A stretch of 64,000 nt of DNA from an uncultured Methylomirabilota bacterium. Its GTDB lineage: Bacteria > Methylomirabilota > Methylomirabilia > Methylomirabilales > 2-02-FULL-66-22. Shown here piece by piece: positions 9,534 through 18,232 of the stretch. Each line of letters begins with the position of its first letter. The first letter of the stretch is position 1. Both the position numbers and the translations under genes were made by a program. The stretch lies in the NCBI GenBank assembly GCA_963845565.1, contig CAWJSJ010000005.1, positions 416,001 to 480,000 on the forward strand. Direction: 5' to 3'. The notes under the pieces were generated by a model, which ran no database searches, was not told where the DNA came from, and saw nothing but the letters and a program-made list of their open reading frames with translations.

Positions 9534-10669
9534 CGTGCGAGGAGGCGCGCGAGGCCTTCACGGATCTGTACGACGGCACGCTCTCGGGCCCGCCCTTGGT
9601 GGCCCTCAGCCGGCACCTGGACGGGTGCCCGACCTGTCGCCGGGAGTGGGTGGCGTTTCGCCTGACCGCCGGCGCGCTGGGGGAGTTACGGGACGAGGAG
9701 CCGTCGCCGGGCTTCGCGGCGCGGGTCGCCGAGCGGATCGAGGCACCCCGCGGGTGGCGCCGGCTCGCGTCGTCTCTGGTGTTTCCGCTGCGACTGAAGC
9801 TGCCGATTCACGCCGCGGCCCTCGTGATGCTTGGCGTGGCGGGACTGTGGGTGTCCCAGCGGTCTCCCGAGATCCAGCGGGCCGCCAACCCGGGCGCACC
9901 GGTGGTGGAACGCCCCGCGACGGTAGCGCCGCCCGCGACGGTCCCGGACGTCCCGACACCCGAGGCGAGGCTCGCGACGCAGAAACCGCCCGCGCCGGTC
10001 GCTCCTCGCTCAGCCCCGCCGGCTCCGGCGCCGCCTGCGGCCGCCAAGATCGAGGCGCCCGCGATCGTCCGGGAAGAGCAGGCCGCTCCGCCGCCACCGC
10101 CGGGCGGGGTGTCTCAGCCTGCGGCCGAGGCGCCGACCCCGTCGCTGGCGAAGAGATCGGACTCCGAGGCTTCGGCGCCACGACTCTCGCGGTCCGCACC
10201 CGCTCCATCCGACGTGCGCGATCGATCGCAGGCGGAAGGTCTGACCGCCGCCGCCCCGGCCGCGAAGGAGGCGAGGGCCGCCGCGCCCGGCCGCCGGACG
10301 GCTGACGAGCTCTTCTCCGCCGCGGCCACGGAGTTCGCCGCCCAAAGTTATGCGCAGGCCGTTCCGCATCTGCAGGCGTTCCTGGCGCAGTACCCGTCCG
10401 ATGGCCGTGCGCCGGACGCCCTGTTCCTGCTCGCCGAGGCGCACCGCGCGCAGCAGCAGTACGCCCAGGCGGGCGCGGCGTTCGCGGCGTTCGTCACTCG
10501 GTATCCCGCACATCGGCGAGCCGCGACGGCTCTCTATCGGCAGGGGGAAGTCGCGCTGGCGGCGGGTGACTCCTCCGGATGCGCCATCCTGCGCGAGGCG
10601 TTGGGCCGATACCCCGAGGCCCGCGAGGCCGCCCCTGCCCGGGAGAGCCTCTCCGGGCACTGCCCGTGA
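9530..10669 (+). CDS. Zinc-finger anti-sigma factor with a TM helix, Pro-rich linker and C-terminal CpoB(YbgF)-like TPR domain
   Basis: N-terminal C...HLDGCPTC (ZAS), TM AAALVMLGVAGLWV, and C-terminal FLAQYP...A.DALFLLAE...FVTRYP...ALYRQG...GC..L...YP...C. ATGA-coupled to the sigma gene. Confidence 0.85.
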   Translation: MTCEEAREAFTDLYDGTLSGPPLVALSRHLDGCPTCRREWVAFRLTAGALGELRDEEPSPGFAARVAERIEAPRGWRRLASSLVFPLRLKLPIHAAALVMLGVAGLWVSQRSPEIQRAANPGAPVVERPATVAPPATVPDVPTPEARLATQKPPAPVAPRSAPPAPAPPAAAKIEAPAIVREEQAAPPPPPGGVSQPAAEAPTPSLAKRSDSEASAPRLSRSAPAPSDVRDRSQAEGLTAAAPAAKEARAAAPGRRTADELFSAAATEFAAQSYAQAVPHLQAFLAQYPSDGRAPDALFLLAEAHRAQQQYAQAGAAFAAFVTRYPAHRRAATALYRQGEVALAAGDSSGCAILREALGRYPEAREAAPARESLSGHCP

Positions 10670-10808
10670 TTCCGTGAGAGACGGGCAGCGATCGGGACGG
10701 CGACGACAGGAGAGCTGAACCATTCCGGCCGCCGTGACGACGGACGATCCCTCGCGGTCCCCATCCTCCCCCCCAACCCCTGATCCCGAGATTCCCGTTC
10801 CCTTTCGC

Positions 10809-10840
10809 GGAACTTTTTCCGTCGGCGCCGGTCTTACCCT
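10809..10840 (+). promoter_or_regulatory. ECF-type promoter of the DUF4139 gene
   Basis: GGAACTT...GTCTTACCCT, matching the sigmaE/AlgU-like GAACTT-N16-TCTNA. Confidence 0.75.
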
Positions 10841-10886
10841 GCAGAGCGGTTGTCAGGCGAATCATTGAGCGACAGGAGGAGAAGCG

Positions 10887-12308
10887 ATGCGTGCGTCATG
10901 GTGGATGTTTGTCGGGGTCCTGGTATCGCTGTCCGGAGGCGTCACGGACGCGGTGGTGGCCGCGCCCGGTCGCAGTGCGGTCACGCGCGAGCAGCAGAAG
11001 GAGATGTCCGTCACGATCTACAACGGGAATCTGGGTCTCGTGAAGGACGTCCGGGAACTCCAGCTTCCGGCCGGAACCCATGAGGTGCAGTTCGCCGATG
11101 TGGCCTCCCAGATCGATCCCACCACGGTGCACCTGAAATCGCTCGCAGATCCCACCGGCGTGCGCATCCTGGAGCAGAATTACGAGTACGACCTGCTGAG
11201 TCCGCAGAAGCTCCTGGACAAGTACGTGGGGAAGAGCGTGAAACTGATGACGGGAGACGGCGCGCTGATCGACGCCGTCCTGCTGGCAAACAACAACGGC
11301 CCGATCTACCAGATCAATGGCCAGATCCACCTGGGGCATCCCGGCCGGGTGATCCTTCCCGAACTGCCCGAGAACCTGATCGCCAGGCCGACCCTGGTGT
11401 GGCGCCTGCAGAGCGGCCTGGCGCGCCCCCAGCGGGTGGAAGCATCGTATCTGACCTCTGGGATCACCTGGAAGGCCGATTACGTGGTGGTACTGAACGC
11501 CAAGGATACCGGCGGCGACCTGTCGGGGTGGGTGACGATCGACAACAAGAGCGGGGCCAGCTACCCCGATGCGGCGCTCAAGCTGGTCGCGGGGGACGTT
11601 CATCGGGCCCCCGCGAAGCAGGAACTGCGGGCGGTGATGGAATCTGCCGCGAAGGTGGCCGCGGCGCCCCGGCCGCAGTTCCAGGAGGAGTCGTTCTTCG
11701 AGTATCACCTGTACTCCCTGCAGGGGCGAACCACCATCAAGCAGAACCAGACCAAACAGATCAGCCTGCTGGATGCGCCGGATATCGCCATCAAGAAGGA
11801 GTTGCGGTTCTCCGGGGCCAGCCAGTACTACCGCGGCCAGCTCGGCACGCCGATCTCGAATCAGAAGGTCGGCGTGTTTCTGGAAATCGCCAACACGGAG
11901 CAGCACCGACTCGGCATCCCGCTCCCCAAGGGGACCGTGCGGGTGTACAAGGCCGCAGCCGACCAGAGCCTGCAATTCATCGGGGAAGACGTCATCGATC
12001 ACACGCCAAAGGACGAGAAGGTCACGATCAAGATGGGGGAAGCCTTCGACGTGGTGGGGGAACGCACGCAGCGGGACTGGAAGAAGATCGCCTGGAACCT
12101 GTACGAGACCGAGTGGGACGTCGAGCTCCGGAACCACAAAAAGGAGGACGTCGAGGTCGCCATCATCGAGCCGGTTCCGGGCGACTGGGAGGTCGTGAAG
12201 AGCAGCCACCCCTACACCAAGGTCGAGGCCCATACCCTCAAGTACCTGGTGAAGGTCCCGAAGGACGGAAAGGTGACGGTGACCTATCGCGTGCGAATGC
12301 GCTGGTAG
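10887..12308 (+). CDS. Secreted DUF4139 domain protein
   Basis: Signal peptide, VTIYN.NLGLVKD.R, EQNYEYDL, SYLT.GITWKADY, EYHLY, PLPKG.VRVY, IDHTP; SD AGGAGG. Confidence 0.88.
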   Translation: MRASWWMFVGVLVSLSGGVTDAVVAAPGRSAVTREQQKEMSVTIYNGNLGLVKDVRELQLPAGTHEVQFADVASQIDPTTVHLKSLADPTGVRILEQNYEYDLLSPQKLLDKYVGKSVKLMTGDGALIDAVLLANNNGPIYQINGQIHLGHPGRVILPELPENLIARPTLVWRLQSGLARPQRVEASYLTSGITWKADYVVVLNAKDTGGDLSGWVTIDNKSGASYPDAALKLVAGDVHRAPAKQELRAVMESAAKVAAAPRPQFQEESFFEYHLYSLQGRTTIKQNQTKQISLLDAPDIAIKKELRFSGASQYYRGQLGTPISNQKVGVFLEIANTEQHRLGIPLPKGTVRVYKAAADQSLQFIGEDVIDHTPKDEKVTIKMGEAFDVVGERTQRDWKKIAWNLYETEWDVELRNHKKEDVEVAIIEPVPGDWEVVKSSHPYTKVEAHTLKYLVKVPKDGKVTVTYRVRMRW

Positions 12309-12314
12309 GCCTTT

Positions 12315-12482
12315 CAGGCTGCTGACAACGGCCCATCTGGGGGACAGCCTGCGGCGGGACCCGCTGTTCGGGCGCTCGTTGCGGCGTACCTGAAGTACGC
12401 CTCACTCGGCCCATCACTTGCCGCCTTGCGTCTGGTCCTTTTTGAGCAGCCTGAGCGAGAAATGGTTTTTCCGTAGCCTGCT
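12315..12482. repeat. Palindromic MITE/REP-like element, family A, copy 1
   Basis: CAGGCTGCTGAC...GGCGTACctgaaGTACGCC...CCTTTTTGAGCAGCCTG; similar to copies at 27443, 30755 and 61064. Confidence 0.85.
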
Positions 12483-12563
12483 GAGGCGCGGCGGAGGCGG
12501 TCCGGCCAAACGGTGGGAGCCCGCGTCCGCCGTGTTGTGGCGGGATGTCAGGCAAAGAATATC

Positions 12564-12592
12564 TTGGACAAAACCGGCTGACGTGTTATAGT
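12564..12592 (+). promoter_or_regulatory. Putative sigma70 promoter of the DEAD-box helicase
   Basis: TTGGAC-N17-TATAGT with an extended -10 TG. Confidence 0.55.
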
Positions 12593-12790
12593 GCCACCCT
12601 TCCGCGACGGATGCCGAGCGATTCAGGCCTGAAGCGGGACACAAGAGTAGGGCAGGTCACAGAGCCTGAACGGCGGTCTCTCCGGCGATCCCTCCGTTTA
12701 TCCCACTATTCAAATCCAGCCGGACACAATTGCGGTCACACCCGACCCATGCGGGGCGCTGGTGCGTTCGCGGAAAGTACAGGGAGACGT

Positions 12791-14245
12791 ATGTCGTTTG
12801 CAGAATTCGGACTCGATACAGAACTGTTGAAGGCCACCGAGCGCATGGGGTTCGAGCATCCCACGCCGATCCAGCGGGCGGCCATCCCGCCGCTCATGCA
12901 AGGCCGGGATGTCCTGGCTACCGCCATGACGGGCAGCGGGAAGACGGCGGCGTTCCTCTTGCCGATCTTGCATCACCTGAAAGGCAAGCGGCGGGGGACC
13001 ACCCGGGCGCTGGTCGTGGCTCCCACGCGGGAACTCGCCGCCCAGATCACGGAGCACCTCCACGGTCTGGCGGGGAACAGCGGCGTGGCGGGCGCGGCGG
13101 TCTATGGCGGCGTCGCCATGGGGCCGCAGGAGCAGGCGTTCCGGAAGGGAGTGGACGTGCTCATCGCCACGCCCGGCCGGCTCCTGGATCATCTCCAGCG
13201 TCCGTATGCCCGGCTCGACGGCGTCGAGTACCTGGTGCTGGATGAGGCGGACCGGATGCTCGACATGGGCTTCCTGCCGGATATCCGCCGCGTCCTCGCG
13301 TACCTGCCCAAGAAGCGGCGGACGCTCTTGTTCTCGGCGACGCTGCCGGCGCCCATCGTCGAGTTGGCCAACGACATGCTGGACAACCCGGTGGCGTTGA
13401 ATATCGAGCGGAAGGCGGCTCCGGCGTCCGGGGTGACCCAGACGGTGTACCCGGTTCCGCACGAGCTCAAGTCGCACCTGCTCCTGGCGCTCCTGCGGGA
13501 GGGTGGGGCCAAGAGCATCCTGGCCTTCACGCGGACCAAGCATCGGGCCAATCGGCTGGCCGATTTCCTGGAGCGGAACGGCGTCCCGTGCGCCCGCATC
13601 CACGGCAACCGCAGCCAGATGCAGCGGACCGACGCGCTGGCCGGCTTCAAGAAGGGGCGCTTCCGCGTCCTGGTCGCCACCGACATCGCCGCCCGCGGCA
13701 TTGACGTGGAGGAGTTGGGACTGGTCGTCAACTTCGACGTGCCGCACCTCCCTGATGACTACATCCATCGGGTCGGGCGCACGGCCCGGATGGAGGCGAC
13801 GGGTGATGCTTTCACGTTCGTCTCGCCGGAGGAAGAGGGGGGGCTGCGCGACATCGAGCGGCACATCGGGAAGCGCCTGCCGCGTCAGCAGGTCGCCGGC
13901 TTCGACTACGCGAAGCGGCCCGCGGAGCGGCTGGAGATCCCGCTGGCAGAGCGCATTGCCGCCATCCGCGCGCGCAAGAAGGACGAGCGGACGCGCGCCA
14001 AGGCGAACGCCGATCGCCGGACCGCCAACGGGGGGCCGGCGCGCCCCTTCAGCAGCGGACGGCCGCAGCGCAACGCGCCCGGCGGTCCGCAGACGCGCTC
14101 GGCAGGTCCCAAGCGGGTCGGAGCCGGCATGGCGTGGCTGCAGGCCAATGCGGGACGCCCCGACCGTGGACCGGCGCCGGCCGGCGCCCAGCGCGCTGCG
14201 GGCGTGCGCGCGGCATTCGGCGGGCGCCTCGGCTCTTCGCGGTAG
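12791..14245 (+). CDS. DEAD-box RNA helicase (RhlE-like)
   Basis: Q motif, TGSGKT, PTRELA, TPGRL, DEAD, SAT, ARGID, HRVGRTAR and a basic C-terminal tail; SD AGGGAG. Confidence 0.95.
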   Translation: MSFAEFGLDTELLKATERMGFEHPTPIQRAAIPPLMQGRDVLATAMTGSGKTAAFLLPILHHLKGKRRGTTRALVVAPTRELAAQITEHLHGLAGNSGVAGAAVYGGVAMGPQEQAFRKGVDVLIATPGRLLDHLQRPYARLDGVEYLVLDEADRMLDMGFLPDIRRVLAYLPKKRRTLLFSATLPAPIVELANDMLDNPVALNIERKAAPASGVTQTVYPVPHELKSHLLLALLREGGAKSILAFTRTKHRANRLADFLERNGVPCARIHGNRSQMQRTDALAGFKKGRFRVLVATDIAARGIDVEELGLVVNFDVPHLPDDYIHRVGRTARMEATGDAFTFVSPEEEGGLRDIERHIGKRLPRQQVAGFDYAKRPAERLEIPLAERIAAIRARKKDERTRAKANADRRTANGGPARPFSSGRPQRNAPGGPQTRSAGPKRVGAGMAWLQANAGRPDRGPAPAGAQRAAGVRAAFGGRLGSSR

Positions 14246-14291
14246 CAGGCGGCCGAATACGCCCATCTGCATGGCATCATCGGCGTGTGAA

Positions 14292-14340
14292 AAACGACAA
14301 ACGCCGGTCGGAGTATCCGACCGGCGTTTGTCGTTTGTTG
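14292..14340. terminator. Bidirectional terminator-like hairpin
   Basis: 21-bp perfect inverted repeat AAACGACAAACGCCGGTCGGA-gta-TCCGACCGGCGTTTGTCGTTT between convergent genes. Confidence 0.8.
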
Positions 14341-14403
14341 GGTGGCCATTCGTTGTTCTTCACACGCGGGGCTCGTCAGGCGAGAGGTCGCCTCATTTCC
14401 CGG

Positions 14404-14898
14404 TCACGCGGTGTCGGAAAGTCGTGCGTCCAGTTGTGCGAGAGTCTCGTGGTGCCAGGGAAGGGCGGCAGGCGGGGACTTCCGGGCGAGTTCGGCCACC
14501 AGGACGGCGAGTTTCCGGTGGTACGCCCGCGCCGTCTCGATGTGCCCCATGGCGAGCGCGGCCTGGGCCGCACCTGCGTACACGCGGTCTGGAGCCGTGA
14601 CCCCATAGAGCGCCGGCGACAGCCCCATGGCCTTCTCGGCCTTCTGGAAGGCTTCGAGGGCACCGCGAGGGTCCCGACGATTCTGGAGCAGATCCTCGCC
14701 CTCCGACCGCCACAGCGGGCCCGAGCGTTCGAAGGCTACCTCTTCCAGTGCCGCACGCCGCAGGGCCCGAGCGTCTCCCCAGCGCCGCTCGTCCTCGAGG
14801 TGCCGGATGGCGTGCAGCAGATTGACGACGCGCACTCCCCGTCCAATGCCGGGGAGCCACTCCAGACCCTTGAGAAACGATCGCGTCAGTGTCCTCAT
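14404..14898 (-). CDS. Hypothetical helical/TPR-like protein
   Basis: The ATG at 14898 overlaps the NUDIX stop (ATGA); amphipathic helical repeats. Confidence 0.6.
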   Translation of the reverse strand: MRTLTRSFLKGLEWLPGIGRGVRVVNLLHAIRHLEDERRWGDARALRRAALEEVAFERSGPLWRSEGEDLLQNRRDPRGALEAFQKAEKAMGLSPALYGVTAPDRVYAGAAQAALAMGHIETARAYHRKLAVLVAELARKSPPAALPWHHETLAQLDARLSDTA

Positions 14899-15446
14899 GG
14901 CTGCCGCTCGCGCCGTGCCAGAAAAGCGGTCTGGAGACCGATGATGGTCTTGCCGTCCCGAATCGTCCCATCCGCGATGCGCTGGAGGGCGTGCTCCAGG
15001 GGCATCTCGACCACCTCGAGCACTTCGTCGTGTTCCAGGTTCTGGACGCCCGGGATGAGTTCGGTGGCCAGATAGATGTGGATGATTTCGTCCGTGAAGC
15101 CGGGTGTGGTGAAAAAAGTGAGCAGGTGTTCGAGGTGCCCGGCGCGGCGGCCGGTCTCCTCCTCCAATTCCCGTTCCGCGCACGCCAGCGGATTCTCACC
15201 GGGATCGAGCTTGCCGGCGGGAATCTCGTAGATGAATCCGCCTGCGGCATGCCGATACTGGCGGATCAGGAGGACGGTCCCGTCCTCCTGCAGCGGCACG
15301 ACGGCGGACGCGCCCTGGTGCCGGATCACCTCCAGCTCGACCGTGGCACCGTTGGGCAGCGTCACGGTTTCCACTCCCAGATTCACCACACGCCCGCGAT
15401 AGATCTCTCGCCGCTGGTCCGCCGGGCGATCCGGGGGGTGCGTCAC
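14895..15446 (-). CDS. nudF: NUDIX hydrolase (ADP-ribose pyrophosphatase-like)
   Basis: QYRH, EIPAGKLDPGE..LACAERELEEETG, TPGFTDE, DGKT. Confidence 0.85.
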   Translation of the reverse strand: MTHPPDRPADQRREIYRGRVVNLGVETVTLPNGATVELEVIRHQGASAVVPLQEDGTVLLIRQYRHAAGGFIYEIPAGKLDPGENPLACAERELEEETGRRAGHLEHLLTFFTTPGFTDEIIHIYLATELIPGVQNLEHDEVLEVVEMPLEHALQRIADGTIRDGKTIIGLQTAFLARRERQP

Positions 15447-16975
15447 GGTGCGACCTGGATTCGCCCGTCGGTCGTCGGGGCGATGGGGCCGATCTTCAGG
15501 CGCTCGAGGACGAGATCCGAATCCATGGGCCCGCTCATGGGATTCACCAGGACCTTGGCCTGCTGGAGCATCGTGTAGCCGTCGCCTCCTCCCATCAGGA
15601 ACTCGAAGGTCGCCACGGTGTACCGGGCGGCGGGGTCCAGCGGCTTGCCGCCGACCGTCGCCGAGACGAGGCGGGAGCCGGCCGGTTTCGTCGGGTCAAA
15701 CACATACCGGAGGCCGGAGACCTGGGGGAACCGGCCGGCGATCTTCTCGTGCTGGCTGAGGCCGTTCTCCAGGGCGGCGCGCAACGTCTCGCCGGTCACC
15801 TCCAGTTTCACGACCTTGTTGGCGAAGGGCAGGATCTTCAGGACGTCCCCCCGCGTGAGTGGGCCGGCGGGGGTCACCGCGTTTCCGCGAATCCCACCGC
15901 CGTTCACCAGGGCCACGTCCGCCCCCATGGCCTCGCGCATCAGGTCGGCGATCAGGTTCCCCACCGGGGATTCCTTCACGCGGACGATCTCGTTCCGGGT
16001 ATCCAATGGAACCGCGGTCGCACCCGCGCCCACACCCAACTGGGCGGACATGCGACCCTCGAAAGACTTGACCAGAGCGGCCACCTCGGGCTTCTCGGGG
16101 ATCTCGTCCGTGACGGCGATCAGTTCCCACTTGGTCTCGACGCGCCGGCCGTCCTTGCCGACGGAGACTAGAAGGTCGATCCGCCCGAGGTTCACCGCTT
16201 CCGAGCCCGTCTTGAGGATGAGCGTCTTCCCCACCTTGGCGTCCAGCGGGTCGTGCTCGTGCCCGCCGAGAATCAGGTCGATCTCCGGGACGGCCGCGGC
16301 CAGCCTCTTGTCGGCCGCCATGTCCTGGTGGGTCAAGGCCACGATCACGTCCGCCTTTGTCCGCCGGGCATGGGCCACGGCCTCCTTCGCCGCCGCAACG
16401 GGATCCAGGAACTTCAGGCCCTTGCCGCCCTTGGAGAGGACGCCGGTCTCGGGCGTGGTGAGGCCGATGAAGGCCACCCGGATGCCGCCGATGTCCCGCA
16501 GCACGAACGACACCGCATCGCCGAAGGGGAGGCCCGTGCCGGGGTCGAGCACGTTGCTGGACACCCAAGCGAACCGGGACTCCCGCATCCGCTGCAGGGT
16601 GACCTGCTCGCCGAAGTCGAACTCGTGGTTGCCGAAGGTGACCAGATCAACGCCCACGGCGTTGAGGCCGGCCACCATCTGGCTCCCCTGGAAGACGCTG
16701 GACATGGTAGAGGGCGACAGGAAATCGCCCGCCAGGACCAGCAAGGCGTCCGGTGCGTCCTTGGCAATCCGATCGCGCAGCGTGGCGATGCGCGCCAGGC
16801 CGCCCTTCTTTCCCTTCTCCACCGGCATGATGTCGTAGAGGTCGTTGAGTTGCAGGAGGGTGACGCGGCCCGAACGCTCAACCGGCGCTGCGGCGTGCAA
16901 CGACGGGATAGCCGTGACGAATAGCAGGCTGGCAGTGAGCAGTGCGAGGAACGTCCGACGAGTGACCGTGCGCAT
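15443..16975 (-). CDS. Periplasmic 5'-nucleotidase/metallophosphatase with a Tat-like signal
   Basis: TRRTFL signal, NDLY, AGDF, GNHEFD, GGHEH, NGGGIR, LPFAN, GRFPQVSG, GGDGY; SD GGAGG. Confidence 0.9.
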   Translation of the reverse strand: MRTVTRRTFLALLTASLLFVTAIPSLHAAAPVERSGRVTLLQLNDLYDIMPVEKGKKGGLARIATLRDRIAKDAPDALLVLAGDFLSPSTMSSVFQGSQMVAGLNAVGVDLVTFGNHEFDFGEQVTLQRMRESRFAWVSSNVLDPGTGLPFGDAVSFVLRDIGGIRVAFIGLTTPETGVLSKGGKGLKFLDPVAAAKEAVAHARRTKADVIVALTHQDMAADKRLAAAVPEIDLILGGHEHDPLDAKVGKTLILKTGSEAVNLGRIDLLVSVGKDGRRVETKWELIAVTDEIPEKPEVAALVKSFEGRMSAQLGVGAGATAVPLDTRNEIVRVKESPVGNLIADLMREAMGADVALVNGGGIRGNAVTPAGPLTRGDVLKILPFANKVVKLEVTGETLRAALENGLSQHEKIAGRFPQVSGLRYVFDPTKPAGSRLVSATVGGKPLDPAARYTVATFEFLMGGGDGYTMLQQAKVLVNPMSGPMDSDLVLERLKIGPIAPTTDGRIQVAP

Positions 16976-17205
16976 GGTGAGACTCCTCCCGCAAGGGTTC
17001 ACTTCAGACTCGTTACGCAAATCTAGTGGGTGGCCGACGACCCTGTCAAAGGAATTTCCACCGGCGAGACAGATTGCAGCGGTGGGAGGCGTGTGGTATG
17101 AAGAACCGCGGAGAGGCAAACCAGCAGGCAGCGGGCAGCTGGCAGACTGGGAAGAGGCGACAGGGCGACAGGGGCAGGGATAGCGACAGCGACAGGGACA
17201 GGGAA

Positions 17206-18117
17206 ATGCGTGACATCTGTGTGGTCGGCGGGATCAACATGGACCTGGTGGTCCAGGTGCCGCACATCCCGCGGCCGGGAGAGACGGTCCACGGTGGGGA
17301 GGTGGCGCGGTTTCCCGGCGGCAAAGGGGCCAACCAGGCGGTGGCGGCACGCCGCCTCGGTGCGTCCGTGGCGATGCTGGGCCAGGTCGGCGCCGACGCG
17401 TTTGGGGACGAGCTGGTCCAGACGCTGGAGGCGGCGGGTGTGGAGTCCTCCGGGGTGCGGCGTGCCGCCGACCGCGCGACAGGGGTTGCCATGATCTCCG
17501 TCGCCTCCGACGGCCAGAACGCCATCGTGGTGGCGCCCGGCGCGAACGCGAACTGGGACGAGGCCGGCGTCGTCGGCGTGGAACGGGCGGTGAGGGGCTG
17601 TCGGGTTCTCGTCCTGAACCTGGAGGTGCCCCCCGCGGTCATCGCGCGCGCCGTTCGAGCGGGGAAGCGGGCCGGCGCCCGGGTCATCCTCAATCCCGCA
17701 CCGCATCGGGTCGGGGATGAGTCGGTCTTTGGGGATGTGGACGTCTTCGTTCCCAATCAGGTGGAGGCCGCGCTCTTCGCCGGCATGGAGCCGTACGCCG
17801 TGACGGACTGGGGTGAGGCGGCCCAGCGGCTTCGACGGCTCGGTCCCCGCATGGTGATCGTCACGCTGGCGGACGAGGGGGCAGTGATCGTTGACGAGGC
17901 GGGTCCGCAGCGCGTTCCGAGTTTTCCGGTGTCGGTGGTGGACACGACGGCGGCGGGGGACGCGTTCGTGGGTGGACTGGCGGTCGCACTGCTCCAGGAC
18001 GCGCCGGTGCGTGATGCCGTACGATTCGCCAATGCCTGCGGCGCGCTGGCGGTGACGCGAGCCGGCGCACAGCCATCGCTCCCGGCGCTGGGTGACGTGG
18101 AGCGCTTGATCGATTAG
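17206..18117 (+). CDS. rbsK: Ribokinase
   Basis: GGKGANQAVAA, NPAP, PNQVEA, DTTAAGDAF. Confidence 0.92.
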   Translation: MRDICVVGGINMDLVVQVPHIPRPGETVHGGEVARFPGGKGANQAVAARRLGASVAMLGQVGADAFGDELVQTLEAAGVESSGVRRAADRATGVAMISVASDGQNAIVVAPGANANWDEAGVVGVERAVRGCRVLVLNLEVPPAVIARAVRAGKRAGARVILNPAPHRVGDESVFGDVDVFVPNQVEAALFAGMEPYAVTDWGEAAQRLRRLGPRMVIVTLADEGAVIVDEAGPQRVPSFPVSVVDTTAAGDAFVGGLAVALLQDAPVRDAVRFANACGALAVTRAGAQPSLPALGDVERLID

Positions 18118-18217
18118 GAGCCGTTACGAAATAACCTATACATCTCTTCCTATTTCGTTACGGCTCCTTATGCCGTTTCGGAATGTCTCCGCTCAACGAA
18201 TTCTTTGACAACGGCTT
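18114..18217. repeat. Palindromic MITE/REP-like element, family B, copy 1
   Basis: TTA-GGAGCCGTTACGAAATA...TATTTCGTTACGGCTCC-TTA plus a tail ending GACAACGGCTT; reverse-complement copies at 21859 and 29982. Confidence 0.88.
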
Positions 18218-18232
18218 GGGGGAGGTAGCGCC

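Noticed and set aside
16820..16860. NDLY instead of DxH in the 5'-nucleotidase as a sign of inactivity
   Set aside because: An ND(V/L)Y variant occurs in a known subfamily, and the other metal ligands are intact
17112..17205. GGCAAACC (c-di-GMP-I-like) and GACAGG-like short repeats before rbsK
   Set aside because: No GNRA stem or GACGCAAA follow-on; the repeats are short, degenerate and purine-rich
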